This document shows positions 1 through 13,746 of a stretch of DNA of 64,000 nucleotides, piece by piece. The position numbers and the translations under genes were made by a program. The stretch is from NCBI RefSeq assembly GCF_036971445.1, contig NC_091471.1, positions 176,762,001 through 176,826,000 of the forward strand, in the 5' to 3' direction. Position 1 is the first letter of the stretch. Each line of letters opens with the position of its first letter. Origin of the DNA: Narcine bancroftii (lineage: Eukaryota). The notes beneath the pieces are model-generated. The model was not told where the DNA came from. It saw only the letters and a program-made list of their open reading frames with translations, and made no database searches.

Positions 1-139
1 CTTGACTGCCATAAGGGAGTCAAGGAGGAATTTTTCAAAGTTTTTCCTGCAATTGGACAAAACAGGCTTTTTCTTTGGTTTTTTGCCTCTTCCAGGAGCT
101 ATAGTACCAGTATATTAGGGCAGAGAGTCATATAAAATT

Positions 140-3100
140 CATAAGGAACAGTAGCAGCCCAGTGAGGAGTAGCACAGGGAAGAAGTGGAGCTCTGCAGCT
201 TTGGCTCAAGAGGCTTCGGTGAGGAAGCTGAGGGAGGAGACCACGCCACAGTTGGCGAGGGTGAGAGGTGGTGAAGAAATGACAGGGAAACTGATTCAGT
301 GCGATGCTTGCATGATGTGGGAGGTCAGGGATACTGATGGTGCCTCTGGCTGATCCAAATGTGGAAAGTGTGTCCAGATTCAGCTCCTGAAGGACTGTGC
401 TGGGGCACTGGAGAAGTAATTGGATAACCTCAGGATCATCCGGGAAAATGAGAGTTTTCTGCACAGGACCTTAAGCAAGATTGTTACACCAAAGAAACTG
501 GAAGAGAGAAGGAGGGGGTGCAACGATGAGGAAGGGATGATTGCTTGAGTACAGGAGACCACAGGGGAAGTACCTCTTGAAAACAAGTTCACCCTCCTCA
601 TGGAATCTGTCAGGACAGAAGACACTGTCAGTCTGAGAGGTGGACCGGTCTGCAAGTCAAAAATTGGCACCGAAGCAAAGCCAAGGAGACGGAAGACGGA
701 CAGAGCCGTAATAGCAGGGGACTCGATAGTGAGAGGTACAGAAAGGGATTTCTGCGGCAACAGGCAGGATTTAAGGGTGATGTGTTGCCTATCTGGTGCC
801 AGGATCCAGGACATAATGAACCGATGGCAGGACATCCTTAAGGGTGAAGGTGAACAGCCGGAAGTGGTAGAGCATGTTGGCACAAATGACATCGGGAAGA
901 AGAGGAAAGAAATTCTGCAGCATGACTTCAGAGAACACTGAAGAAGGCTGAAAAGCAGGACCTCCAGGGTGATTATCTCCGGTTTCCTTCAAGTTCCTTG
1001 TGCTGGTGAAGACAGTAATAGGAAGATAGGGGATCTGAATGTGTGGCTGAGGAGCTGTGCATGAAGCAGGGATTTAGATTCTTAGACCACTGGGATCTGT
1101 TTTGGGGTAAGGAATGGGGGGGACAGGTTGCACCTTAACAGGCGAGGCACCAGCATTCTGGCAGGCAGGTCTGCCACTGCTATACTGCTTACTTAGTTTA
1201 AACTAAGGGGGGGGGGGGGGGGGGAAGGAGATGAACTGGTATTATAAGCATAAAGTCAGAAAGCTCAGGAAGGGATCGGAGAGTATGGCCAAGTGCAATA
1301 GGAATTGTCATGAAAGGGACGGGGATTAAAAATATTATATATGAATGCCCGAAGTACAAGAAATAAAGTGGATGAACTTGAGGCTCAGTTGGAAATTGGC
1401 AAGTATGATGCTGTAGGAGTAACTGAGACAAGGCTGCAAGAGGACCAGGGCTGGGAAATGAATATTCAAGGAAATACGTCCTATCAAAAAGACAGACATG
1501 TGGGAAGAGGGGGAGGGGAATGAAATTCAGTCCCTTGCAAGGGGTGACATAGAATCAGGAGATTTGGTAGAGTCTGTATGGGTAGAACTGAGAAATTGTA
1601 AAGGCAAAAAGACCCTAATGGGAGTTATCTACAGGCCCCCAAACAGTAGCCTGGATATAGGGTGCAAGTTCAATCAAGAGTTATAAGTGGCATGTCGCAA
1701 AGGTAATGCTACGGTTGTTATGGGGGATTTCAACATTCAGGTAGACTGGAAAATCATATTGGTACTGGACCCCAAGAAAGGGAGTTTCTGGAATGCCTCT
1801 GAGATAGATTCTTAGAGCAGCTTGTACTAAAGGCTAGCAGGGAGATGACAATTCTGGATTTAGTGTTGTGTATTGAGCCAGATTTGATAAGGGAACGCGA
1901 GGTAAAGGAACCATTAGGAGGTAGTGACCATAATATGATAAGTTTTAATCTACAATTTGAGAGGGAGAAGGGAAAATCGGAAATGTCAATATAACAGTTG
2001 AACAAAGGGGACGATGGAGCCATGAGGGAGGAGGTGGCCGAAGTTGATTGGAAAGATGCCCTAACAGGGATGAGAGTGGAACAACAATGGCAGGAATTTC
2101 TGGGAATACAGAAGGTGCAGGATCAGCTCATTCCCAAGAGGAAGAAAGATTCTAAGAGGACTAAGGGGCGACCGTGGCTGACAAGGGAAGTCAAGGACAG
2201 TATAAAAGTAAAGAGAAGTATAATGGCAGCAAAGATGAGTGGGAAGCCAGAGGATCAGGACATTTTTAAAGAGCAACAGAGATAACTTAAAAGGCAATGC
2301 AAGGAGAAAAGATGAGGTATGAAGGTAAGCCAGCCAAGAACATCAAGGAGGATAGTAAAAGTTTCTTTAGTTATGTGAAGAGGAAAACATTAGATAAGAT
2401 CAAAGTTGGGCCCTTGAAGACAGAAATGGGTGAAATTATCATAGGAATCAAGGAAATGGCAGATGAACTGAACAGGTACTTTGGATCTGTCTTCACCAGG
2501 GAAGACACAAACAATCTCCCAGGTGTAATAGTGGACAGAGGACCTAGGATAAAGGAGTAACTGAAGGAAATTCACATTAGGCAGAAAATGGTGTTGGGTA
2601 GACGGATGGGACTGAAGGCTGATAAATCCCTGGGGCCTGATGGCCTGCATCCCAGGGTAATTAAGGAAGTGGCTCTAGAAATCATGGATATATTAATAAT
2701 CATTTTCCAATGTTCTATAGATTCAGGATCAGTTCCGATGGATTGGAGCATAGCTAATGTTATCCCATTTCTTAAGAAAGGAGAGAGAGAGAAAATGAAA
2801 TTATAGACCAGTTAACCTGACATCAGTGGTGGGGAAGATACTGGGGTCAACTATAAAAGATGAAATAGCAGCACATTTGGATAGCAATAACAGGATCAGG
2901 TAGAATGAGCATGGATTTATGAAGGGGAAACCATGCTTGACTAATCTTCTGGAATTTTTTGAGGATGTAACTATGAAAATGGACAAGGGAGAGCCAGTGG
3001 ACATAGTGTACCTGGACTTTCAGAAAGCCTTTGGTAAGATTCATGGGCAAAATTAGAGCACATGGAATTGAGGCTAGGGTACTGTCATGGAGAGAAAATT

Positions 3101-3820
3101 GGTTGACAGACAGAAAATAAAGAGTAGGGATTAACAGGTCCCTTTCAGAATGGCAGGCAGTGACTTGAAGGGTACCGTAAGGCTCAGTGCTGGGACCGCA
3201 GCTATTTACAATATACATTAATGATTTAGATGAAGGAATTAAAAGTAACATTAGTAAATTTACAGATGACTCAAAGCTGGGAGATAGTGTGAAATGTGAG
3301 GAGGATGTTATGGGAATGCAGGGTAACTTGTACAGGTTGGGTGAGTGGACAGATGCAGTGTAATGTGGATAAATTTGAGGTTATCCACTTTGATGGCAAG
3401 AACAGGAAGGTAGATTACTATCTGAATGGTGTCAAGTTAGGAAAAGGGGAAGTACAACGAGATCTAGGTGTCCTTGTTCATCAATCACTGAAAGTAAGCA
3501 TGCAGGTACAACAGGCAGTTGAAGAAAGCTAATGGCATGCTGGCCTTCTCAACAAGGGGAGTTAAGTATAAAAGCAAAGAGGTCCTTCTACAGTTATACA
3601 TGGCCCTGGTGAAACCCCACCTGGAGTATTGTGTGCAGTTTTGGTCTCCAAGTTTGAGGAAGGACATTCTTGCTATTGAGGGAGGACAGCATAGGTTCAC
3701 AAGATTAATTCCCAGGATGGCGGGACTGTCATATGTTGAAAGATTGGAGCGACTGGATTTGTATACACTGGAATTTAGAAGGATGAGAGTGGATCTGATT
3801 GAAACATATAAGATTATTAA
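140..3820 (+). mobile_element. Near full-length degenerate CR1-clade LINE (ORF1 zinc finger + SGNH esterase; ORF2 APE + RT)
   Basis: CDACMMWE, VIAGDSIVRG and HVGTNDI (ORF1); NARSTRNKVDELE and IYRPPN (APE); GPDGLHPRVIKE and LYMALVKPHLEYCVQFWSP (RT region). Many stops and frameshifts. Confidence 0.92.
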
Positions 3821-4408
3821 GGAGGCCTATGGGATGCTGGGCTTCATTTATAGGGGGGTTGAGTACAGGAGTAGAGAGGTCATGTTGCATCCCTACAAAT
3901 CTCTGGTAAGGCCACATTTCTGGTCATCTTATTATAGGAAGGGTGTGGAAGCTATGGAGAGGGTGAAGAGATTTACCAGGATATTGCCTGGATTGGAAAA
4001 CAAGTCTTATGAGGCAAGGTTAGCAGAGCTGGGACTTTTCTCTTTGGAGCATAGAAGGATAAGAGGAGACTTGATAGAGGTCTATGAGAGGCATAGATAG
4101 GATGGACATCAGCACCTGTTTCCTAGGGCAGGATCAGCAAATACCAGAGGACATATGAGCAAAGTTAAAGGAGAGAAGTTTAGGGGAGACATCAGGGGTG
4201 TTTTTTTTTGCACAGAGAGTTGTGGGAGCCTGGATTGCCTTGCCAGGGATGGTGGTGGAGACTGAAACATTAGTGGCATTTAAGAAGCTCATAGGCAGAC
4301 ACATAGATGAAAGAAAAATAGAGGGTTACGGAACAGGGTAAGTTTAGTACTTTTTTTAAGGAATATATGGGCCTGAAGGGCCTGTACTGTGCTGCAGGGT
4401 TCTATGTA
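3821..4408 (+). mobile_element. Second CR1 3' fragment joined to the first
   Basis: ORF2 C-terminus repeated (AYGMLGFIYRGVEYRSREV...); ends in the gggcctgtactgtgctg..ttctatgt 3' tail. Confidence 0.8.
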
Positions 4409-6039
4409 AAGAAACTAGTTACCGTATTTCCATGACATCTGGAACATATTCTTTTTGTTATGCACCAATTTTCTACCCCTTCATTTGCACCATGGAGAAC
4501 ATGTACTTTGAGCCTGGGAAGCGGTATATTTTAGTCAACAGCAGATAGTGAAATTTTACCCTAATTCATCTTGAAATATAATGTGGCCCACCATATTATC
4601 TGTATTCTCACTTCCTGCCCCACACCAGGTAGCTTTTGCTCTATATATACTTACAGGGAATGATTGTGTATAATTTCAGACCATTAACCATTTCTCTGAT
4701 TACTTCTCAAACTTTGAATCATTTCATTATAAAGGAAGTCAAGCCAGCAGACGAAATTAATTGACATCTAGTTGATCTGAGACACATCAAGCAAAATGTC
4801 CATAGGTTATAAACGATGAATGAAACTCAAATAGTGGAATCTGGGTGATTTTCTGATAAAGCTTGTAGTTATGGGACATTTTTCAAAAGAAATAATTCCT
4901 ATATTTGTGTGATATCTATTTGAATTCCAAATAGGAAAACTGGACCTTAAAAACAATATTCATAAAAAATAAACTTTGCCACAGGCTTATGAGATATGAT
5001 CAAAAGGAAGGAATAAATAAATCCGTCACCTTGAAAACTAAAGGCTCTTATGCCAGATTTCTGGAAAATTTGTAAAGTCTTTGGACATTTACATCAGTTA
5101 AAACGAATTCTATTGAGCTGTTGACTTTGTCAACATAAGAATTACTGATTGAAGGTCGGCAAAGGTCAACTGGAAGCTTTCCTAATGCAATGTCCTACTT
5201 GCAAGTATCATGGCCTCTTGAACACACTGTCCGATGGAAGGAGTTTGAGTGTTCTTGTTCCGTGCTGAATCCAGTACCGCTGTCCACTTCTGCTGCATTA
5301 ACTCTTTTCGAAATAAGATATCTCCATTCTAATTGAAACAAAATATTTGAACTGATAAATCTACGTCACTAATTGACACAAATAACTTATAATTAATTCA
5401 CTCAAATGATCAAGAAATTAGCCACCAGGAATAAGCAGCACACAAACACAAAACCAAGTCAATTACTCATATTTTCCCAAATGTCTGTCAGTATCAGTTG
5501 CCATCCAAAATGCAACCACTCGGTTAAAACTGGCTGGAACCAAGCATATTTTCTCAATGTATGAACATAATATTATTGATTTACAAATTTTCACAAGAAT
5601 GCGATGGACCCTTGAGCATGCAAGTTACAAAGACAATTTTTTTGCTTCCTTACTCTTTAACAGTCATCAGTGTCTCTGATAATACCAGCATTGTTGTCAT
5701 TCTTGAGTTGTTCTTTAGAATATGATGATGCTCTGCTGCACCCCCCCCCCCCCCTTGAACCACTGTATAGTCGTAGAACGTGCACAGCGCTGTTTGTACA
5801 GGATAGCCAGTGTCCATGAAGGAATGAGGTCTGTCAGGCTCAGATTCTGAATATATGGTCCTGCCAATAATGTCCATCAATATCAATAAATTTTTCTTTG
5901 TTTGATGAAAAATATAGATGCCTGTTAAATTAAAATTCAAGTGCTTTGTTGCACTTCCTCCCTTCATTAGAAGCAGACCAATCAAGTAGTAAAGCGAGAA
6001 AGCTACGCCCAGGGTGGGGAGAAGTGTTTAAAACAAAGA

Positions 6040-9000
6040 ACTTTTCGTGGGTCTCGGCGCATGAGCAGCGGAACTATCAAGTGGCAGAGTGAGAATGCTA
6101 CACAGGAGCAGAGCAAATAAAGGTAAAGCAGACTAGTGCAGCCATTGTGTGAGTGGCTCAGTGTAGGATGGGAATTTGAGGCTTTATTGCACGAGGCTTC
6201 ACTCAGCAGAAGCCGAGGAGAAGGTGCAGGAGTTAAAGCAAGGCAAGGACAGGATTTTCACATTTTTATTCTGTATCATAAATAGTGGGAATGACAGCCA
6301 GGGCAGGGACATGCTTGTTTTGCAGAATGTGGATTGTCAGGGAAGCCAGTACTATCCCTGATGACTTCATCTGCAAGAAGTGCATCCAACTGCTGCTGTT
6401 TACAAACTGAGATAGGAGCTGGAGTTAGATGCACTCCAGATCATTTGGGGTGCTGAGGGGGTGATAGACAAGAGTTACAGGGAGACTATCACACCTAATA
6501 GGTAGGAAGAAGATAGCTGGGTGACAGTCAGGAAAGGGAAAGGGAACAGGTAGGCAGTGCAGGGCACCCCTGTGGCTGTTCCCCTGAATAACATGGATAT
6601 AATTTTGGATAATGTCGGGGGAGCACAACCTACCCAAGACAAGCCATGGCAATCAGATCTCTGGCATGGAGTCTGGTCCTGTGGCTAAGAAGGGAAAGGA
6701 GGAGAAGAGATGAGCTGTAGTGATAGGGAATTCCATAGTTAAGGGAACAGATAAAAGGTTCTGTGGAAGAGATCAAGAATCCCAGAAGGTATGTTGCCTC
6801 CCTGATGCAAGAGTCCAAGGTATCTCAGATTGAATTCCCACCATTCTCAGGAGGGAGGGTAAGCAGCCAGATGTCATCATCCATTTAGGGACCAATGATG
6901 AGACTAGGAAGGGTAATGAAGTCCTGCAAAGAGAGTTCAGGGTGTTAGGACCTCCAGGGTTGTAATCTCAGGAATGCTACAAGTATCACATGCTGGTGAG
7001 GTTAGAAATGGGATGATAATCCTGAACATGTGGCTAAAGGCATGGTGCAGGAGGGAGGGCTTCAGGTTTCTGGATCACTGAGCGATCTTTCATGGACTTG
7101 TTCCGACAGGATGGTTTGCATCTGAACTGGAGGGGGCTAATATCCTTGCAGGAAGGTTTGCTAGTGCTTTCCCAGAGGGTTTAAACTATATTTGCAGGGG
7201 GATGGGAACAGAGTACCAGGGCACTGTGGAGGAGGAAAAAGATGATGTGGAGGAGGAAAAAGACTAGTGCAGCTATAAAAATGCAAGGAATATTGTAGGA
7301 ACGGCAGACAAGCTCAGAGCATGGATTGGCACATTGAATTATGACATAGTGGCCATTAGTGAAACTTGATTGCCAAAGGGGCAAGACTGGCAGCTCAATT
7401 TTCTTGGCTTCCATTGTTTCAGAGCGGGAGGTATGACAGGGGAGGAGTGGCATTGCTCATCAGGGAAAATATCACAGCTGTGCTCAGGCAGGACAGTTCA
7501 GAGGGTTCATCCACTGCGGCTACATGGGTGGAGCTGAGGAATGGGACAGGTGTGACCACACTCATGGGGTTGTATTATAGACCGCCCAATAATCAAGGAG
7601 AATGGGAGGAGCAAATATGCAGAAAGAGAGCAGTTAGCTGCAGGAAGCATAGGTTGTGATAGGAGATTTTAACTTTCTGCATATAGACTGGGACTCCCAT
7701 ATTGTAAAAGGGCTGGATGGTTTGATTTTTATCAGTATGTTCAGGGAAAGTTTCTAAATCAATATATAGAGGGGCAAACTAGAGAGAGTGCAATATTGGA
7801 TCTCATATTAGGTAACCAGATGGGAGAAGAAACAGAGGTATGTGGAGGGAAAATTTTGGATCTAGTTATCATAAGTTTAGGTCTTGTGCCATTATTTTCA
7901 AGTTAACAATTGTTAGGTCTGCTTTGTTCATGAATGAGTGAGACAAACACCAGACTGAGTCGAAATCAGGGTTCTTTGTTCTTTATTACCGGATTGTAAC
8001 ACTTGCAACTAACCATGTTAGTTGGAGAATGCATTCTGCCGTTATCAGCAAAATGGTGATTTTTTATACCCTTGGATACGTGCTTAGAACATCATCATAT
8101 CATTACTTGTCCAATGACTAAAACTGTTGCTATCCTTTCCCTGCTAGCTTCCTGCCTCTCAATCCATCAATGTCTCTCTTATCTTGTAAGTACAAGGATG
8201 CATTCACATCTTGTTACAGCCCTGTACAGGGTAACTCCTTACACATTCCCATCTCATGATGTTTTACCTTACACTATGGATAAGGAAAGGTCTGGTCCTC
8301 GGGTTGAGATTCTAAACTGCAGAAAGGCCAATTTTGATGAATTGTAAAAGGATCTAGAAAGCATGGATTGGGATAAATTGGTCTCTTGCAAGGATGTGCA
8401 AGGTACGTGGAGGACCTTCAAAGGTGAAGTTTTGAAAGCACAAAGTTTGTATGTTCCTGTCAGGATTAAAGGCAAATTTAACAGGCATATGGAAACTTGG
8501 TTTTTGAGGGATATTGGGCATCTGGTTCAGAAGAGATAGGTGTATAGCAGGTACAGGCAACAAGGAGAACATGAGGTACAAGTGGAATATAAAGAATGCA
8601 AGAAAAAAAACTTAAGAAGGCATTTGTGGATGGGGGGGGGGGGGTGGTGTAAATGAAGGCACAATGTTTCTTTGGCAGACAATGTGAAGGAAAATCCTAA
8701 GGGTTTCTAAAGGTATATTAAGAGCAACAGGATATTATGGGACAAAATTGGATCCCTTGAAAATAACAGTGGTCAGCTATGTATGAAGCCAAAAGAGATG
8801 GGAGAGATCTTAAATGTGTTTTGCTTTGCATCAGTATTTACTAAGGAAACTGGCACAGTCTCAGGAAGTAAGGAAAACAGGCATGGAACCTATACAGATT
8901 AAAGAGGAGGAGCTGCTTGCTGTCTTAAGGCAAATAAGGGCAGATAAATCACCAAGGCCTGAAAAGGTATTCCCTCAGACCTTGAGGGAGGCTAGTGTAG

Positions 9001-9045
9001 AAATTGCAGGGGCTCTGGCAGAAATATTCAAAATGTCCCTTGCCA
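6040..9045 (+). mobile_element. Degenerate CR1 LINE 5' portion (ORF1, endonuclease, start of RT), interrupted by a solo LTR
   Basis: Esterase-like ORF1 remnants, GGVALLIRENITAV, LYYRPPN and ADKSPRPEKVFPQTLREAS. Confidence 0.88.
7911..8273 (-). mobile_element. Solo LTR (363 bp) inserted in CR1
   Basis: TGTTAGG...CCTTACA termini and imperfect 4-bp TSD caat/ctat. Minus-strand TATAAAA (~8065) and AATAAA (~7985). CR1 sequence resumes directly after. Confidence 0.75.
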
Positions 9046-9369
9046 CAAGTAATAATGATCATTGCAATGATTATGTTCTTTATTCCACAGCAAAGCCGGA
9101 TGCCATGAAAATCTCCCCTATAGTTTTGTGCTTCACCTGAGTGGCAGTGGATGTATTCAGCTAGGATATAAACAGCATGAAGGAAATAGCTGAGGGGGAA
9201 TTAAGCTCAATTTTTGTTGAAACACACTTCCAAAAACTTTAGCATTAGAGTTCCACTTCTTCAGAGAGGTCTAACATTCTGACTTTATTGCTGGCCAGAA
9301 GACCAAGAAGATACAGAACAGTCTGATCGCTCAGGATGTCAAACTAAATACATCACAGGAAAGGTAACA

Positions 9370-10005
9370 TAGTTAATAAGATTGTGTTCTGCTTTGGTCA
9401 CCAAACTATAGGAAAGATATCAATAAGATTGAAAGAGTGCAGATAAAATACTAGGATGTTTCTGGGACTTGAGGAATTGAGTCAGAGGGTAAAGGTAATG
9501 AAGTTCTGCAAAGAGAGTTTGGGGTGTTAGGACTTACAGGGTTGTAATCTCAGGAATGCTACAAGTACCATGTGAAGTTAGAAATGGGATGATAATGGTT
9601 AGGTCCTTATTCCATTGAGTGTAGAAGAATAAGGGGAGATTTGAAAGAGCCATACAAAATTATGTAGGATATAGATGGAGTAAATTCAAGCAGGCTTTTT
9701 CCACTGAAGTTAGGTCAGACAAGAAACAGAGGACATAGGTTAAGGGCGAAAGGAGAAATGTTTAAAGGGAACATTAGGGGAACTTCTTCGCATAGAGAGT
9801 GGTGAGAGTGTGGAACGAGTCACCAGCTGAAGTGGTGGAAGCAGACTCAATTTTGACATTTAAGAAAAATTTGGACAGGTACATGGATGGGAGGGGTATG
9901 GAGGGCTTTGGTTCAGCTGCAGATCAATGGGACTTTTCAGAATAATAGTTCAGCACAGACTAGATGGGCCAAAGGGCCTGTTCCTGTGCTGTAGAGTTCT
10001 ATAGT
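9370..10005 (+). mobile_element. CR1 3' fragment
   Basis: ORF2 C-terminal remnants and 3' tail gggcctgttcctgtgctgtagagttctat. Confidence 0.8.
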
Positions 10006-10254
10006 TTTCACGTTTTTATATGACATCAAAATTCTGACTTGCTGCAGCCACTCATGTACAGTATACAAGATACATCAACAACAATCTTATAAATTAAATT
10101 TGGAGAGGTTCAAGAGCCTGATAGTTCTTTGGAATTTTTTAAATCCAAAGATGCTGGAATTCAGCCTTCTGTACTTTCTACTTGAATGTAGCAGTGACAA
10201 GGACGATAATGGTGAAGATTTTATTGTCATGCACATTATGCAATGTCACTAGGA

Positions 10255-10875
10255 TAGTTAAGAAGACTTGTGGGCGCTGGGCTTTATTAGTTGGGGGATT
10301 GAGTTCAAGAATCGAGAGGTCATGTTGCAACTCTACAAATCTCTGATGAGACCACATTTCGAGTATTGTGTTCAGTTCTAGTCACCTCATTACAGGAAGG
10401 TGTGGAAGCTATGGAGAGGATGCAATATGTTGCCTGGATTGGAAAATAAGCCTTATAAGGCAAGGTTAGCATAGCTAAGGACTTTTCTCTTTGGACTGAA
10501 GGAGGAGGAGAGATGACTGAATAGAGGTCTACAAGATTCTGAGAGGCATAGAAAAGGTAGACAGCCAGAACCTTTTCCCCTGGGCAGCAATTGCAAACTC
10601 CAGAGGACATATACACAAAGGGAGGACAGTTTAGGGGAAATGACAGGGGTAGGTTTATTACACAGAGAGTTGTGAGTGCCTGGAATGCATTGCCAGTGGT
10701 TGTGGTGGAGACTGAAACATTAGGGGCTTTTAAGAGACTGTTAGACAGACACATGGATAAAATAAAAATAGAGGGTTATGAGGTAGAAAGGGTTTGTTTC
10801 TTTTTTGTTGGGAATACATAGCTCGGCACAACATTGAGGGTTGAAGGGTCTGTACTGAGCTGCAATGTTCTACAT
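10255..10875 (+). mobile_element. CR1 3' fragment
   Basis: ITQRVVSAWNALP...AFKRLLDRHM and CR1-type 3' tail. Confidence 0.8.
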
Positions 10876-11107
10876 TCTGTGTACAATCACTGCAGCATTT
10901 CAAGAAGGAAGCTAACAACCAGCTTCTCAATGATACTGATGGGCAATGAACAACGAGTATTTGGAAATCTATATCCAAGAGAACATGGGTGCTCAGTCTC
11001 TGCATTTAAAACTGAAATTGATGGCACATCATATGTCCAAATTGTTTAAAAACCATACATGCTTTCTGAAACATAGTGTGCAATATCTGGGTTTGGCATT
11101 CTTTTAC

Positions 11108-11179
11108 CTGGATCTGGGATCGTAAGTGGGTCAAAGAGTTTTTTAGGTCTGTGTACTTGCTGGGTGAGCTTTCATCTGC
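11108..11179 (-). CDS. Candidate 72-nt exon (ADESSPSKYTDLKNSLTHLRSQIQ)
   Basis: Acceptor ttctgtttgttctacactcag| and donor CAG|gtaaaa. Phase 0-0. Confidence 0.55.
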
Positions 11180-11833
11180 CTGAGTGTAGAACAAACAGAA
11201 CGTAAAATTAACTGACAATTTCAGTGTTTCACTTCCAATAATTTGTTTAGTAAAAATGCTGTTCTGATAATTAGTGTATTGTCATATGCATTGTACAACG
11301 TAATAATAAAGAAATTCTTATTTGCTGCACCCAATCAGATACTTTGTTATTAAAAAAAACTACCATAGTTTACATTAAATTAAATTAAAAAGATAATAAA
11401 TACAAAAGATTTAACAGGTTTTATGTGCTTTTTTTAGTGTAGTCCATTGAAAGGTTCATTTGGATTATCTGGAAAAGACACTTTCAAGATATTAGATCAG
11501 TGGTACACGCTGAGAGCTCAACAAATCTCATTTAATGAATCTTGACAAAAAGTCCCAACCTGAAACATTGGCTAACCATTCCTCTCCATGGATGCTGTTT
11601 GTCCAGCTAAGTCTCACCACCAGCTGCTCATTGCTTGCTCTCATTTAATACAATTCTGTCTTTTATTTATGTATAGAAATACTCTCTAATTGTATTTATA
11701 TTATTGATAGAGATATTAATGAAATTGTTCATCTCAGATATTTTTAATAGTGAAATTGAGTTATACTCAGTAGGAACAGTGAAAACTATAACTTATTTGA
11801 TACAGAGTAAAATCTTTCCCACGGTTTGTTATG

Positions 11834-12852
11834 AGCTCCTTTCACACTTGCATCCCACTAAATTTGTTGTTTAGTGTCCTGGGATAGGAATGGGGGGTGG
11901 TTTGGCTTTTCACACTTGACCACTCCTAACTGGGGCACTGAACGCTTTCACACTTGCAAGGAGCCATCCCAGGGGTTAGGACTGTTCTAACTTCTTCTGG
12001 TGACATCATGACATGTCGAGTGATGGTGGACCTGCCCTAAATCCTGATCAATGTATTATGAATTGAACAAAATTAAACATGTACAGCACAGTATGAGCCC
12101 TTCAGCTCCTGTTGTTGCTGTGCCGACATATATAAACCTTTATAAAGAATCGTGGGAAAGTGCTAGCAATAAATAGCAATAGCGGACAATTTTTAAACAT
12201 TTGGTAGCGCTGTAGTGCTCAACTTATTTAACGTTGGGAAGTTTGCAGAACTATTATGTACAATTTAAACAGCATGGAAAAGTTGGCAGCACTATTGCGT
12301 ACAATTTATAAATACCATGGGGAAAAAGCAATGGTGGGCCTGCCCTCCCTGAACTCTATGGTGGAGAAAGGGCTGTATGTCTGGAGCATTCATAGAGGTG
12401 TTTCTCTGCTGCAAGGCATTCTGGGAAGTCAAGTCCACCACCTTTTTTTCCCACAGCCTTTATAAGTTATGTACTATAGCGCTATCAATTTTCCCACGCT
12501 GTTTAAAAATTGTCCACTATTGGTATTTATTTCCTCTGTCTTTCTTTCTCTCTCTCCCCCACTGCGACTTTCCCATGGCAAAGTTTTAATCTTTCTTCCT
12601 TCACATTCCTGCACTCACACAAAAACTTGGGTCATTTCAATCCCGCAATCCAATTACTCATTTCACACTTGCCTGATTGCAACGCCAGTATCTGCAGGCG
12701 CCAGGAATTGTACTGGGGTCGAGGCCGTCAATCCCCGGCGTGAGATAATGTTATCTGATGCCGGCGTTGAGCTGATTTTGCTTTCACACTGGGCACTTTA
12801 AAGGCCGACTGGGGGTTAATTCCTGGGATCACTTGCAAGTGTAAAAGGGGCT
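11834..12852. mobile_element. Non-autonomous DNA transposon, PIF/Harbinger-like
   Basis: TIRs AGCTCCTTTCACACTTGCA / TGCAAGTGTAAAAGGGGCT, 3-bp TSD ATG on both sides, repeated TTTCACACT subterminal motifs. Confidence 0.75.
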
Positions 12853-13746
12853 ATGGATTATCCAAAAGTTTTGGAATTAATACAACAACTAATCTTCAAA
12901 AAACCTGTTCAAATGCAAATTAGAAGCAGTAAGTAGTTTTGAAACTGTAAGGGCTGCTTTGTAAACAAATAGGTAAACATAAAACAATGGTGCTGGAGAA
13001 ACTCAGCAGGTCAAGCAGCATCTATAGGAACTATATTCAAAGTTGACCCCAACATCTGAAGATTTTTTTGTTCAAAAATAATGGAGCTGGTTACTTGGCC
13101 TACATCAAACCAACATCAAAGTAAATTATTTTGTGCCACTGTGGCAAAGATTAAGGATGTTTCCAGACTAGATATTTTTGTCACTTTGTACTAAAATATT
13201 ATCTGAGGCATATTTCCTCTATCAATAACTCAGATATTTGTGCATTCAGAAGACTCAGCCCTCACATCACTTAATTGTGAGTGCCTGGGTTCTCTGTCAT
13301 CAGACCATCTGTGTGAATTACTTTGTCCCAGCAAAGATATTTGAACATTCTGAAGTCTTTTGTCAGTGTGCTTCTTTTGAAAATTTATAATCCAAAGGAA
13401 CAATTGTTAGGCTCAAAATATTGAAGTAAACTATGTCATTGCAGAGTTTGACCTTGCTGTTATTTTTGCTCTAGTATAAAAAAGTGATATACTAGGAGTG
13501 TGAAGAGCTTCCAATGACAGAGCTTCCAAGGGACAGTCTGTTTGCTTTGATGAATAAAGACCTTTTGCATCCATCAGATTTATGTCCAGTGACTCAATTC
13601 ACAGTCACAACAGAGTCCGGCATCTGAATCCAGTGCTGATCCATATATGATAGCTGATACAACTGAGGAACAAATGTTAATTATCCTGGAAGATTTTGAA
13701 CTGCATGTCATCAAATTCATGTCAAGCAAGTATTAAGAATGTTTAC

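Noticed and set aside
1207-1224. Long G/C homopolymers here and elsewhere as functional G-quadruplexes
   Set aside because: Mostly slippage-expanded runs inside TEs; lengths are error-prone and there is no further support.
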